The notes beneath the pieces were generated by a model. The model had not been told where the DNA came from, ran no database searches, and saw only the letters and a program-made list of their open reading frames with translations. A stretch of DNA of 64,000 nucleotides, from positions 3,419 through 67,418 of IMG/VR virus record IMGVR_UViG_3300028832_000139; one strand, 5' to 3'. Positions 39,301 through 48,491 of the stretch are shown here, piece by piece (the stretch's first letter is position 1; each line of letters starts with the position of its first letter). The translations under genes and the position numbers were made by a program. Source of the stretch: a virus (lineage: Duplodnaviria; Caudoviricetes).

Positions 39301-42300
39301 TTCCTGTCTAAGTTTGGTGACGATACGGCTAACGGAGTTATCGGCTTTGTCAAAGGCTTATGGGTTAAAGCCAAAGGTTTGTTTGGTATCAGCGAAGATG
39401 GTGATGCAAGAGTAAAGAGCATTAATGTTAACGAGGACTACGGAATAGACGAGAACGGAGATACTAATGTTCACGACCTTACGGCTGAGAATAACGCTAT
39501 CATCAAAGGCATACTGCAAGCATTTAGACAAGTTCTTACCAATGAAATTCAGAGCGAGAACTGGACTGGCGATGGTGGTTTTGATACAGGCTTCAAGTTT
39601 TGGAAAGACGCTACTACTGGTATAACATCATTAGTAGTGGATAAACTCTTTGTCCGTATGAAAGCAATCTTTGACGAGTTAGAGATACGCAAGTTGTCGT
39701 TTGTAGGCGGTAATATCGTTGTTTCCTCTGCTGGCTCAAAGATTGTTAAGGTAGAGCCTTTATATAGTGAATACTACCTGTATATCCCCGATGGTACTTA
39801 TGACGAGCGACACGAGGGTATCATACTTGACAATGGTAAGTATATCCCTGCTGACGAGGGCTTAGACCTTGAAACTGCTTATCTTGTTCCAAAGGAAGGT
39901 GCTACCATTATTGGCTATCGTTGCTATTTGATGAAAGACGATGGCACTACTGCTACATCTAACGGATGGGCTGTAGGCGATTTGGCAATGTGCAAGACAT
40001 TCAATGTAGTGGAGCCTGGCAATTACTCGCACGCAGAGAATAAGTATTATTGGCGAATGGTTACTGAGGTAGGACAAGACGAGATAGACGGAAAGACATA
40101 CGACTATATAGACCTGTCTAATGAAGCCAATGGCTATGATACAAATAGTACCGATGTGCCAGAGGAAAACGACCAGATAGTACAACTTGGTAGTAAGACT
40201 GAGAGTGACCGACAAGGTGCTATTACCTTTGAGGTTAATTCACTTGATGGCGGTGCTGTTCCTGCTATTAAGATGTATAAGAATATCGACTCATTCTCTT
40301 TGGCTAACAAGCGCAAGATAATCATTTCTCCTGCTGATACCGACTTAAAGGTACAGAAGTTGACTATCGAAACGGAGTATGCCACTTCAAGAGTGCCAAT
40401 GGATAGAGGTAACTGGAGTGATATTGCCGATAGTAAGTGCTATTATTACGACCTTGTGCAGTATAATGGTGCATCGTGGTTATGTATCGTCAATGAGGGC
40501 AGTTATACTACTGAGGCACCAAGCGAAGATAAGCCTACCCTATGGCGAGTATATGCGCAAAAGGGTGCTAAAGGCGATGATGGTAAGAACTCGGCACCTG
40601 TGTATCTCTATCAGCGTGCAGCATCAGCACCAAGCAAGCCAAATAGTGCTTTGACCTATACCTTTGCTACTGGTGTACTTAGTGGTACGTTAGGCGATTG
40701 GTCGCAGTCTATCCCAAGTGGTACTAACCCTTGTTGGGTAATACAAGCTATGGCTATTGCTGATGCGGCAACAGTCAGTATCGGTGTTAATGATTGGAGT
40801 AGCCAGACTAAACTTGTAGAGGATGGTGCTGACGGAGAGGATGCTATCAATGTTAAACTCTCTACCGAGTCGTTTATCTTTAACCAAGATATTACGACTG
40901 GTGCTATCGACCTTTCGCAAGCAACCTCACGTATAGAGGTTTATAAGGGAGAAACGGAAGTGCCGCAAAACCAATACACTATTGCGTTAGGCACAGGACA
41001 GGAAGCACCATATCATTGTAGTGCATCTATCATTCGACCTACTAATAGCGTAGAAATTACTGCAATCGGACAGGATAGCAATAACAAATACTACGAAAGC
41101 GGTTATGTGATAGTCAACGTAACCTATAACTCTCACGTTTACGAAGTGCAACTGAAATTTGTGGTAAACCTCGTTGGTACTTGGAAAGAAACCATTGAAG
41201 CCGATGTAGATCATGCTATCGCCACAAAGAAATACTACTTTGAGGATGAAAACGGAAACATTGTAGCACACGAAACAATAGGCGATTATATCAAGTCCTC
41301 TACTGAGAATATCAGCCGTCTTACATCGCAGATTAATAACGGAAAGAACCTGTTAAGCGGTGTGCTTACTGGTACGGGATGGAAGAGTGTAAGCAGTAAT
41401 TCACCAACGAGTGCCCATGATGTTTCCGTTGATAGCGACGGATGGTTTGATGTCTATAGTGGTGATACCTATATTATGAGCCCTGCCTTTAGAATGGAGA
41501 ACGGACAAAAATATACATTCTCTTATGAACAGGGTGCTATTTCTAACAACCGAGTATATTTGAAGTACCTTGATACAAGCAGTAATACATGGGAAGAGGT
41601 AGCAAAACCAATTACTACTGGCTCGTCACTTCGTAAGTCAGTAACATTTGAAGGTTCTTCCGCGATTGTAGGTAAAGACTTGTATCTCTTTATCTATCGT
41701 GGGCAGAGAAACACCAAGATTATTCGTCCTCAGTTAGAACTTGGCGAGGTTGCTTCTGCTTTCGATACAGGTATAACTGAAATCAATTCTGAGATAAAGC
41801 AAACGGCAGACGAGATTAATCAGAACGTTACTAATCTTGCTACAAACACGCAGACAGCCCTCAATCTAAAAGCCGATTCTGCTGACCTTACTACTATGCG
41901 AAATGGCTTGGAAACCGCAGGAGTACATCTTGACGGAAACAATAGTAAGATAAAGGCAGTAGCCAACCATTTCGAGATACAAAAAACAGATGGCACAAAG
42001 ACATTCGGAGTTGACGCAGAAGGAAACATTGAGGCACTGGTAATGCTGCTTTCAAGGGTGCAATCAAGTCGGGTGCTTACGGAACTAATCAGTTCGCTAA
42101 CGAGATAAACGCTGATGGTAGCGGAAAGTTGGCTAAAGGCAACATTGAATGGGATGCAAACGGACAAATTTTATTTAAAGGTGGTACGGCAAGTCCGTTT
42201 GAAGGATTGTTCCCAGATTCTTTCGTTTGGAAAAACTACTCTGATAACTACATATTCTATGGAACTGCAAGTAGTTATTCATACGCAAAGACACTGCCGA

Positions 42301-42569
42301 CAGGTCTTGCATACTCAGGTAGAAGAATAACTATTGTGAACGGAATATGGCACGGAGTGAAGTCTGGTGGAACTCTTTATTTGCAAGTAGGAGGCGCAAA
42401 CGACAAAATCTTCTACGAAGATCCGTCAACTGGTATAAATCCAAATAGAAATGATATAAACCTTTTTGCTGGTGAATGTATGCAACTTCTTGGATATGGC
42501 GATGATACTACATTCTACGGATGGATAGTATTAAGCATTACAAAGATTTACGATAGAAACGCAACATAA
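36397..42569 (+). CDS. Large tail tip/hub-spike protein (one-base frameshift near 42033)
   Basis: Tal-like N-terminus (ITRLHGYGTEQN) then fibre-like parts. The -1 frame from 42033 (GTGNAAFKGAIKSG...) joins ORF 42129-42569. Confidence 0.8.
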
Positions 42570-42647
42570 CATTAACGCTTATGAAAAAGATAGAAGGCTA
42601 CACAGAGATATAATAACCAAAGTATAACAATATAAAAATGAAATGAA

Positions 42648-43178
42648 ATGAACTCAAATGTAGGAAGTAAAGGTGTCATGTGGACTGTATTAGGCGGAGA
42701 AATGCTTAACGTGGTGTATGAACTACGCTACATGATACTTCTCTCGGCAATTTTAATCTTGGCTGATTTGTGGTGGGGACATAGTGATGCTATGAAGCGT
42801 TACGCAAAAGCCGAAATGAACGATGATAGAGTTGGTATGGAAAAATACCGATGGCGAAAATCGAGAGCAATCAGAAGAACGGCAAACAAGTTTACTGATT
42901 ACCTTACATTTTTGCTGATAGGTTCTTTCCTCGGTTTAGCAATAATAGAGCCGATAGGTTTAGGAAACCACGTCTATTCTGCTATTGTCGGTCTTACGAT
43001 TGGTTGCCTTGCTGAGATAGCCAGTATTATAGGTCATTACTTCTACGTTAAGTTTGAGGTGGAATTTAGGATTTCAGATACATGGAAACTATTGGTACAC
43101 ATCTTTGTAAAAATCGTAAAGATAAAGAATAAAGATATTGGTAAGGCTTTGGAAGAAGTAGAACAAGAAACTAAATAA
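42648..43178 (+). CDS. Holin
   Basis: Three to four TM segments; LADLWWG...RRTANKF.DY...EIASI.GH pattern. Confidence 0.7.
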   Translation: MNSNVGSKGVMWTVLGGEMLNVVYELRYMILLSAILILADLWWGHSDAMKRYAKAEMNDDRVGMEKYRWRKSRAIRRTANKFTDYLTFLLIGSFLGLAIIEPIGLGNHVYSAIVGLTIGCLAEIASIIGHYFYVKFEVEFRISDTWKLLVHIFVKIVKIKNKDIGKALEEVEQETK

Positions 43179-43186
43179 TTACGACT

Positions 43187-43453
43187 ATGGGAGAGATAAA
43201 AGAAAGATGGAGTAAGGCAATGCCTAAGTTCTTCAAAATGATATTCTCGGTTGCTGCTGCAATCGGAGTGGTAGCGTTAGCCATTAACACGGCTATGGTT
43301 AGTGGAGGCGCAACACCTCCCGAATGGTGGAACGAGTTGTTTCCGTATCTCTTGGGTATAAGCGGTGGTGCTGCTGCCGTTGCTAAGTTCACTGTGAAGG
43401 GCGGTATGGAGAAAGAAAGTGGTAACACTATCTTAGACAAAGATAACTTCTAA
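43187..43453 (+). CDS. Second holin/antiholin-like two-TM protein
   Basis: Two hydrophobic helices and a charged C-tail. Confidence 0.5.
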   Translation: MGEIKERWSKAMPKFFKMIFSVAAAIGVVALAINTAMVSGGATPPEWWNELFPYLLGISGGAAAVAKFTVKGGMEKESGNTILDKDNF

Positions 43454-43464
43454 AGATTACGATT

Positions 43465-45534
43465 ATGGCAGAGAAAAATGTAAAATTTTACAAAACTAAA
43501 GACGGCACAATAGTCTATTGTAAGGATGAAGTTGCTCGTCAGCAGATAGAGCAGTTACAGGGTATCTGGGAAGCTATCGAAGAACTCCCAGACGGACAGG
43601 CTGTATCAGCACAAGTGGCTATCCACACCACGGAGATTGCGGCTTTGCAAAATGGCAAAGCCAACATTAATGGTTCTTACGATAGCATGACTGTTGGCAT
43701 GGCTAAGAATGTGGAAGCGACCAGCGAGATTTCTGGCACATCACTCTATCGCCCAACGGCAGGCAATGCCGATATTGCCGAAGGCGTAGCGAAAGTGCTA
43801 AAGATTTGGGGCAATACGGTGCCTTGGAACCAACTTGCACCGTTACCATCAGAGTGGAAGTTCTATAACGGCGCTTATGTCACATTACAAGCTGACGATG
43901 AAAACAGGACACTAACTATAACAAACAAAACTAATGACGGCATCAGAGGAGATAACTCTATGGTGATGTTAAAAAACTCACTTAGCATCAACGGCCATAA
44001 ATGCTACATTAGTTTCTATCATTCGGCTTCTTATGCTCCCAATAAAATTGTTCTTGATGTGAACAATACCTATTACGGCGAGGTTAGCAACGATGTTGAT
44101 ACATGGGAGTTATCGGAAATGATAGTACCATTAACAAATGTGCCAGACTTTAACTTCTTTATCAAGCAAGAAGGCTCTGGTGGTATATATGGAACTATTC
44201 CAGCACAAGGCTCATATAAGTTAAAAGATATAATGTGTTTTGACCTCACTCTTAAGTTTGGTGCTGGCAATGAACCATCATCTGTTGCTGAATTTAAGAC
44301 TTGGTTGCTGAACGACATTGGAAAGCAGAACTGGTACCCGACAAACCCAGGCAAACTGCTTGCTGCAAAGTTGCTCGGACTAAAAAATGTTTGGTTGAAC
44401 CAGTGGGATGAAGAATGGGAATTGGGTGAAATTGGTGCGGCCGACGGGCAAAACTATCCTGCTTCTAATCAAATAAGAAGTAAAAACTATATATCAGTAT
44501 TCCCTGCAACTGAGTATTACTTCAAAGGAGGTGCCGCAGGTATTGAAGCACGTTTCTATCGTAGTGATAAATCGTATATCGGTTATGTCGATTTTAATGG
44601 TAGTGGTGTAAATAATGATTCTGTGTTTAAGACGCCAGCGGATTGTTCGTATATGCGTTTTGCCTTACAGTCAACTTACGGCACCACATACAACCACGAC
44701 ATCTGCATCAATCTTCACTATACCAATGGTCGTGACGGAGAGTATGAGCCGTATGAAGAGCATCAGTATAACTTCGACACGAGCAAAGTCTATGGTAAAC
44801 TGAATGGCGAGGGTAATTATGTTCAGGTATTCCCGAATGGAATGATGGGCGCAAAAGCAATCTTTGATATTCTTGACATTCAAGAGAGAAAAGCATATAT
44901 CAGGACTAATCTTGTTAATCTATCAGAAATAAGTTATACTTATAGCGGTATTTATTTTATAGGTTCTCTATCTGTCGCAGGAGATGGAACAGCAAATTGT
45001 ATTGTTAATCGCAAGTACAAAACAACTTCTTTAGCCTTACTATCACAAAATGACAATCCTGGACTTGGATTAGGTACTGCTAACTTTTACATTCGAGATA
45101 CTGATTATTCTACTGCAGAATCACTAAAAGCATCATTAAGTGATACATATTTATGTTACGCAAGACAAACACCATTAGTTTATACCGACCTCGTGTATCG
45201 TGACAACGGAGTAGATACACCTATTGATGCTCTGAATATCCTTGTCAGCAACTATGGCACGGAAGAGCAGATAGTAGAGAGTCCTACTAATGGCGAACCC
45301 AACTCTTGCGCTGCCACACTTGATATTCTCTATGGTGTAAACGCTGCCGACTTCATGGATGCAGCCAATAATGGTGCATTTGTTTCTAAGGCTTCTCTTG
45401 ATGCGTTGTGCAACACGCTTGGCTCTGCCCTCGGTGGTACACTTACTTCTACTTGGAACAGCGCAGAAGGACATTACGACTTCACGTTTACTCCTGCTAC
45501 TCGCCAAATTGAAAACCCAGAAAATAACGAATGA
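43465..45534 (+). CDS. Tail fibre / receptor-binding-like protein
   Basis: 689 aa; N-terminal coiled segment and beta-sandwich-like body. Confidence 0.55.
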   Translation: MAEKNVKFYKTKDGTIVYCKDEVARQQIEQLQGIWEAIEELPDGQAVSAQVAIHTTEIAALQNGKANINGSYDSMTVGMAKNVEATSEISGTSLYRPTAGNADIAEGVAKVLKIWGNTVPWNQLAPLPSEWKFYNGAYVTLQADDENRTLTITNKTNDGIRGDNSMVMLKNSLSINGHKCYISFYHSASYAPNKIVLDVNNTYYGEVSNDVDTWELSEMIVPLTNVPDFNFFIKQEGSGGIYGTIPAQGSYKLKDIMCFDLTLKFGAGNEPSSVAEFKTWLLNDIGKQNWYPTNPGKLLAAKLLGLKNVWLNQWDEEWELGEIGAADGQNYPASNQIRSKNYISVFPATEYYFKGGAAGIEARFYRSDKSYIGYVDFNGSGVNNDSVFKTPADCSYMRFALQSTYGTTYNHDICINLHYTNGRDGEYEPYEEHQYNFDTSKVYGKLNGEGNYVQVFPNGMMGAKAIFDILDIQERKAYIRTNLVNLSEISYTYSGIYFIGSLSVAGDGTANCIVNRKYKTTSLALLSQNDNPGLGLGTANFYIRDTDYSTAESLKASLSDTYLCYARQTPLVYTDLVYRDNGVDTPIDALNILVSNYGTEEQIVESPTNGEPNSCAATLDILYGVNAADFMDAANNGAFVSKASLDALCNTLGSALGGTLTSTWNSAEGHYDFTFTPATRQIENPENNE

Positions 45535-45692
45535 TTATGGAACATATAGTTATAACAGAACTGCAAGACGGATATTTCCGTCTAGCCCCCGAAACTGGCT
45601 ATCAGTTAATGAATAAGAAGTCCGGTCGCTTATACAGTGAAGTAGTCACTAAAGAGAATACAGAGAACGATTACGTTGCGGTAGAAATCTAA
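45531..45692 (+). CDS. Small tail-fibre accessory-like protein (53 aa)
   Basis: Manually read MIMEHIVITELQDGYFRLAPETGY...VAVEI. Confidence 0.5.
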   Translation: MIMEHIVITELQDGYFRLAPETGYQLMNKKSGRLYSEVVTKENTENDYVAVEI

Positions 45693-45703
45693 AAGTTACG
45701 ATT

Positions 45704-46273
45704 ATGACACTAACAAAAGCACAATTACTAAGAGCCGTTCCCAACCTCTACAAGCCGAGAGTTGACGAATTTGTTGCATCATTCAACATGTGGGCTATCA
45801 CTTTTGGTATTGACAATCCGAAACGTATCTGCCACTACCTCGCCCAATGCTTCCACGAAAGCGGTAATCTCCGTTATGTAGAGGAATTGGCAAGCGGGGC
45901 AGCCTACGATACTGGCAAGCTCGCAGAACGATTAGGTAACACCCCCGAAAAGGATGGTGACGGGCAGAAGTACAAAGGTCGAGGTTTTATTCAACTAACA
46001 GGCTTGAATAACTACAAGGCTTTTAATAAGTCTGACTGTTGTACGGAAGATGTTGTAGCACACCCCGAAAAGGTTGCTAAGTTCCCACTCAACCAAGTTG
46101 CATCTATGTGGTTTTGGCAGACACACGGACTGAACGAAATCGCAGATAGTGACGATGGTGGTACTTCTGGAGAGGATATTTGCAAGAAGATAACCAAACG
46201 TGTCAATGGCGGTTATAACGGACTTGCGGATAGATTATACCTTTATCGAAGATTCAAAAAGGATTTTTTATGA
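45704..46273 (+). CDS. Endolysin, glycoside hydrolase family 19
   Basis: HYLAQCFHESGNL...GDGQKYKGRGFIQLTG..NY...ITKRVNGG.NGL.DR. Confidence 0.9.
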   Translation: MTLTKAQLLRAVPNLYKPRVDEFVASFNMWAITFGIDNPKRICHYLAQCFHESGNLRYVEELASGAAYDTGKLAERLGNTPEKDGDGQKYKGRGFIQLTGLNNYKAFNKSDCCTEDVVAHPEKVAKFPLNQVASMWFWQTHGLNEIADSDDGGTSGEDICKKITKRVNGGYNGLADRLYLYRRFKKDFL

Positions 46274-46794
46274 AGAACAAGAAGTATAACATCATAGCCA
46301 TGTACCTGTTTATCATCGTGGCTGTGTGTGCGTTTGTCGCTGGCAGATGCACAAGTGGTAGCAAGTTTGTGACCGATACTATCATAGAGAAGAAAAGCGA
46401 TACGACTTATATCGAGAAGTACAACACTCTACCGATAGCAAAAGCAGAAAAGATTATTAAGTATGTAACTATCCCTTCCACTAAGCCAGACCTCGGCTTA
46501 GACGATAGCACAAAGAACGATACTGCAATAGTTCTACCTGTTGTGCAAAAGACCTACACAGACGATAGCACCTATACGGCATACGTTAGTGGCTTGAAGC
46601 ACGAAGAATATCCGAAACTTGATAGCATTATCACTCGTCAGCGTACTATTACTAATACGATAACGCAGTCTATCCGCATCAAGGAGAAACGAAGCCGTTG
46701 GAGTATAGGCATACAAGGTGGTTATGGCTTAACACCCAAAGGCTTTCAGCCGTATATCGGTGCTGGTATAGAGTATAGCATTATCCCGCCCTAA
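46270..46794 (+). CDS. Spanin (probably unimolecular type)
   Basis: N-terminal hydrophobic segment ending VAGRC; C-terminal beta-hairpin WSIGIQGGYG..PYIGAGIEY. Confidence 0.65.
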   Translation: MKNKKYNIIAMYLFIIVAVCAFVAGRCTSGSKFVTDTIIEKKSDTTYIEKYNTLPIAKAEKIIKYVTIPSTKPDLGLDDSTKNDTAIVLPVVQKTYTDDSTYTAYVSGLKHEEYPKLDSIITRQRTITNTITQSIRIKEKRSRWSIGIQGGYGLTPKGFQPYIGAGIEYSIIPP

Positions 46795-46908
46795 GAAACA
46801 TTCTTCATATTAAATAGTTGTTTTAGGTAATTATTGGTAATTTGTCCTACAGAGGTAGGTTTTTGTATAGGTTAGTAATATTTATAGTTTTAGGTTTTTA
46901 GTTATTAG

Positions 46909-46947
46909 AAAAAGAGTAACCCATCCGTGAGGACAGGCTACTCTTTT
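46909..46947. terminator. Bidirectional terminator
   Basis: AAAAGAGTAAC...GCTACTCTTTT between convergent operons. Confidence 0.75.
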
Positions 46948-47569
46948 ATATTGGTTTCCAATCTAAACCAAACGATTCCAATAAATCACTTAACTCTCCG
47001 AGAGATACCTTTCCGCTATTACGGAACTTTAGAAAATCAACTTTGCATATCTTAGTGAGATCGCCCAATGTTACAATTCCATTTGCCTTGCAGATATTCA
47101 AAGAACGTACTGATAGGTAGCAATCTTCCAACTTGATAGCAAGCGTTTCGTTGTATTCTTCCTTTGGTGGTGTATAAGATGTGCCGATAACTTCTATCTC
47201 TACATCAATAAGGTCATTGCTTTCTATTGATGCGTCAATACTACTTTCGTTACCTTCCTCAACCTTGAAATTAAAACAAGCACGAAACTCATTGTAAACA
47301 ATCTCAGCCTCTCTATCGACTTGTATAGTATTTACAAAAGTAGAAGGAACGAGAGAGGCAGTAACATGGACTATATCGCCTTGATATACCTCTCTGCCAT
47401 TCTTATCTCTAAGTCCTGTCCATATTCCTACGCTCTCTGGTGCCACCTCATAGCCGCCTACCATTGTGCGAGGCTCTAAGCCTGTCTTAGTCACTCTCTG
47501 ATTGTGGGCTAAATCTCCGTACACCCACTTGTTACCTATAATGTCGTAACCTCTAAACTTCCAATTCAT
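46946..47569 (-). CDS. YopX domain fused to an RNA polymerase alpha-CTD-like domain
   Basis: WKFRG..WVYGDL...GIWTGLRDKNGREVYQGDIV; then LEDCYLSVRSLNIC...FRNSGKVSLGEL. Confidence 0.8.
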   Translation of the reverse strand: MNWKFRGYDIIGNKWVYGDLAHNQRVTKTGLEPRTMVGGYEVAPESVGIWTGLRDKNGREVYQGDIVHVTASLVPSTFVNTIQVDREAEIVYNEFRACFNFKVEEGNESSIDASIESNDLIDVEIEVIGTSYTPPKEEYNETLAIKLEDCYLSVRSLNICKANGIVTLGDLTKICKVDFLKFRNSGKVSLGELSDLLESFGLDWKPI

Positions 47570-47913
47570 ACCCTCTTAATCATTATGTATTCGTTATTGT
47601 CTTCTCCTTGCACAACAAAACCTAATCGTTTATACCAATTCACAAGCCATTCGTTGTTCTTGTCTGCGGAGAGCTGCATAAAGTTACAATGATAAGCTTC
47701 TGCGTAATGTTCACAGACAGCCATCAATGAACTACCAATACCCCTACGCCTTGTCTCATCGGAAACAATAAGTCCTTTAAGATACATCGTCTGTGGCGAT
47801 TTGCTTTCTATCTGCATTTCAATAAGTGACAGCGTCAGTTTGCATACGACGGTAATGCTCTTTCCCCACCACCAATTTGCTACTTGAAATTTATAACCTT
47901 TGTTGCAATCCAT
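47566..47913 (-). CDS. GNAT acetyltransferase
   Basis: VSDETRRRGIGSSLM (motif A); NWYKRLGF. Confidence 0.85.
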   Translation of the reverse strand: MDCNKGYKFQVANWWWGKSITVVCKLTLSLIEMQIESKSPQTMYLKGLIVSDETRRRGIGSSLMAVCEHYAEAYHCNFMQLSADKNNEWLVNWYKRLGFVVQGEDNNEYIMIKRV

Positions 47914-47918
47914 AATTT

Positions 47919-48491
47919 TTAATATTTTTTCCCTCCGTGTTTATATGAACGAAGTTCGTTATACTTCATCTTCCATTCAATATGCTGCCACAAATCTATA
48001 CCGAGGTCTTGCGCCCAGTCGAACATGAACGACACGCAGTCACTGATGTTCATCGTGCCCCAATTCAGCACCTCACGAATAAAATACCAAGCATTTTCTA
48101 TGAAACTTTTGTTTTCATGATATACTTGTCCGTATGGATAACAACCAGACCACTTCATTTTATCTCCATGAACCTCTTGCGCCAAATCGAGCAAACGGAT
48201 AACTACATCAGCAAACTCTTCATCGATGCTGCCTTTGATGTAGCGTTTATACATCTCCTTGAAGCATTCGTCGCTGCCGTCAAGGTTGCTCATTCTTTCA
48301 TTGAATGATTCAATGTCTGCCCGTATGCCGTTGCGGTCTGCTTCTATTGCTTCGGACATTTCAGTCATTATCAGTCCACAATACTGCTCTTTAGATATGG
48401 GTTTGTCGTGCCAACCATGTTCGGTAGCAATTTCCCATACACGTTTCTGTAAATTTTCTAATTTCTTTGGTTCTAAGTAACTATTTTTCAT
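47919..48491 (-). CDS. MazG-like nucleotide pyrophosphohydrolase
   Basis: LIMTEMSEAIEA...DEEFADVVIRLLDL...IEWKMKYN. Confidence 0.75.
   Translation of the reverse strand: MKNSYLEPKKLENLQKRVWEIATEHGWHDKPISKEQYCGLIMTEMSEAIEADRNGIRADIESFNERMSNLDGSDECFKEMYKRYIKGSIDEEFADVVIRLLDLAQEVHGDKMKWSGCYPYGQVYHENKSFIENAWYFIREVLNWGTMNISDCVSFMFDWAQDLGIDLWQHIEWKMKYNELRSYKHGGKKY

Noticed and set aside
36397-45534. Diversity-generating retroelement or invertible tail-fibre cassette
   Set aside because: No reverse transcriptase, TR/VR pair, invertase or flanking inverted repeats recognised in this window.
14530-46716. Many antisense or alternate-frame ORFs in the track (e.g. 14530-14835, 19864-20424, 33536-33886, 41820-42167)
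   Set aside because: Shadows of long, well-supported genes, with no start context or recognisable motifs.
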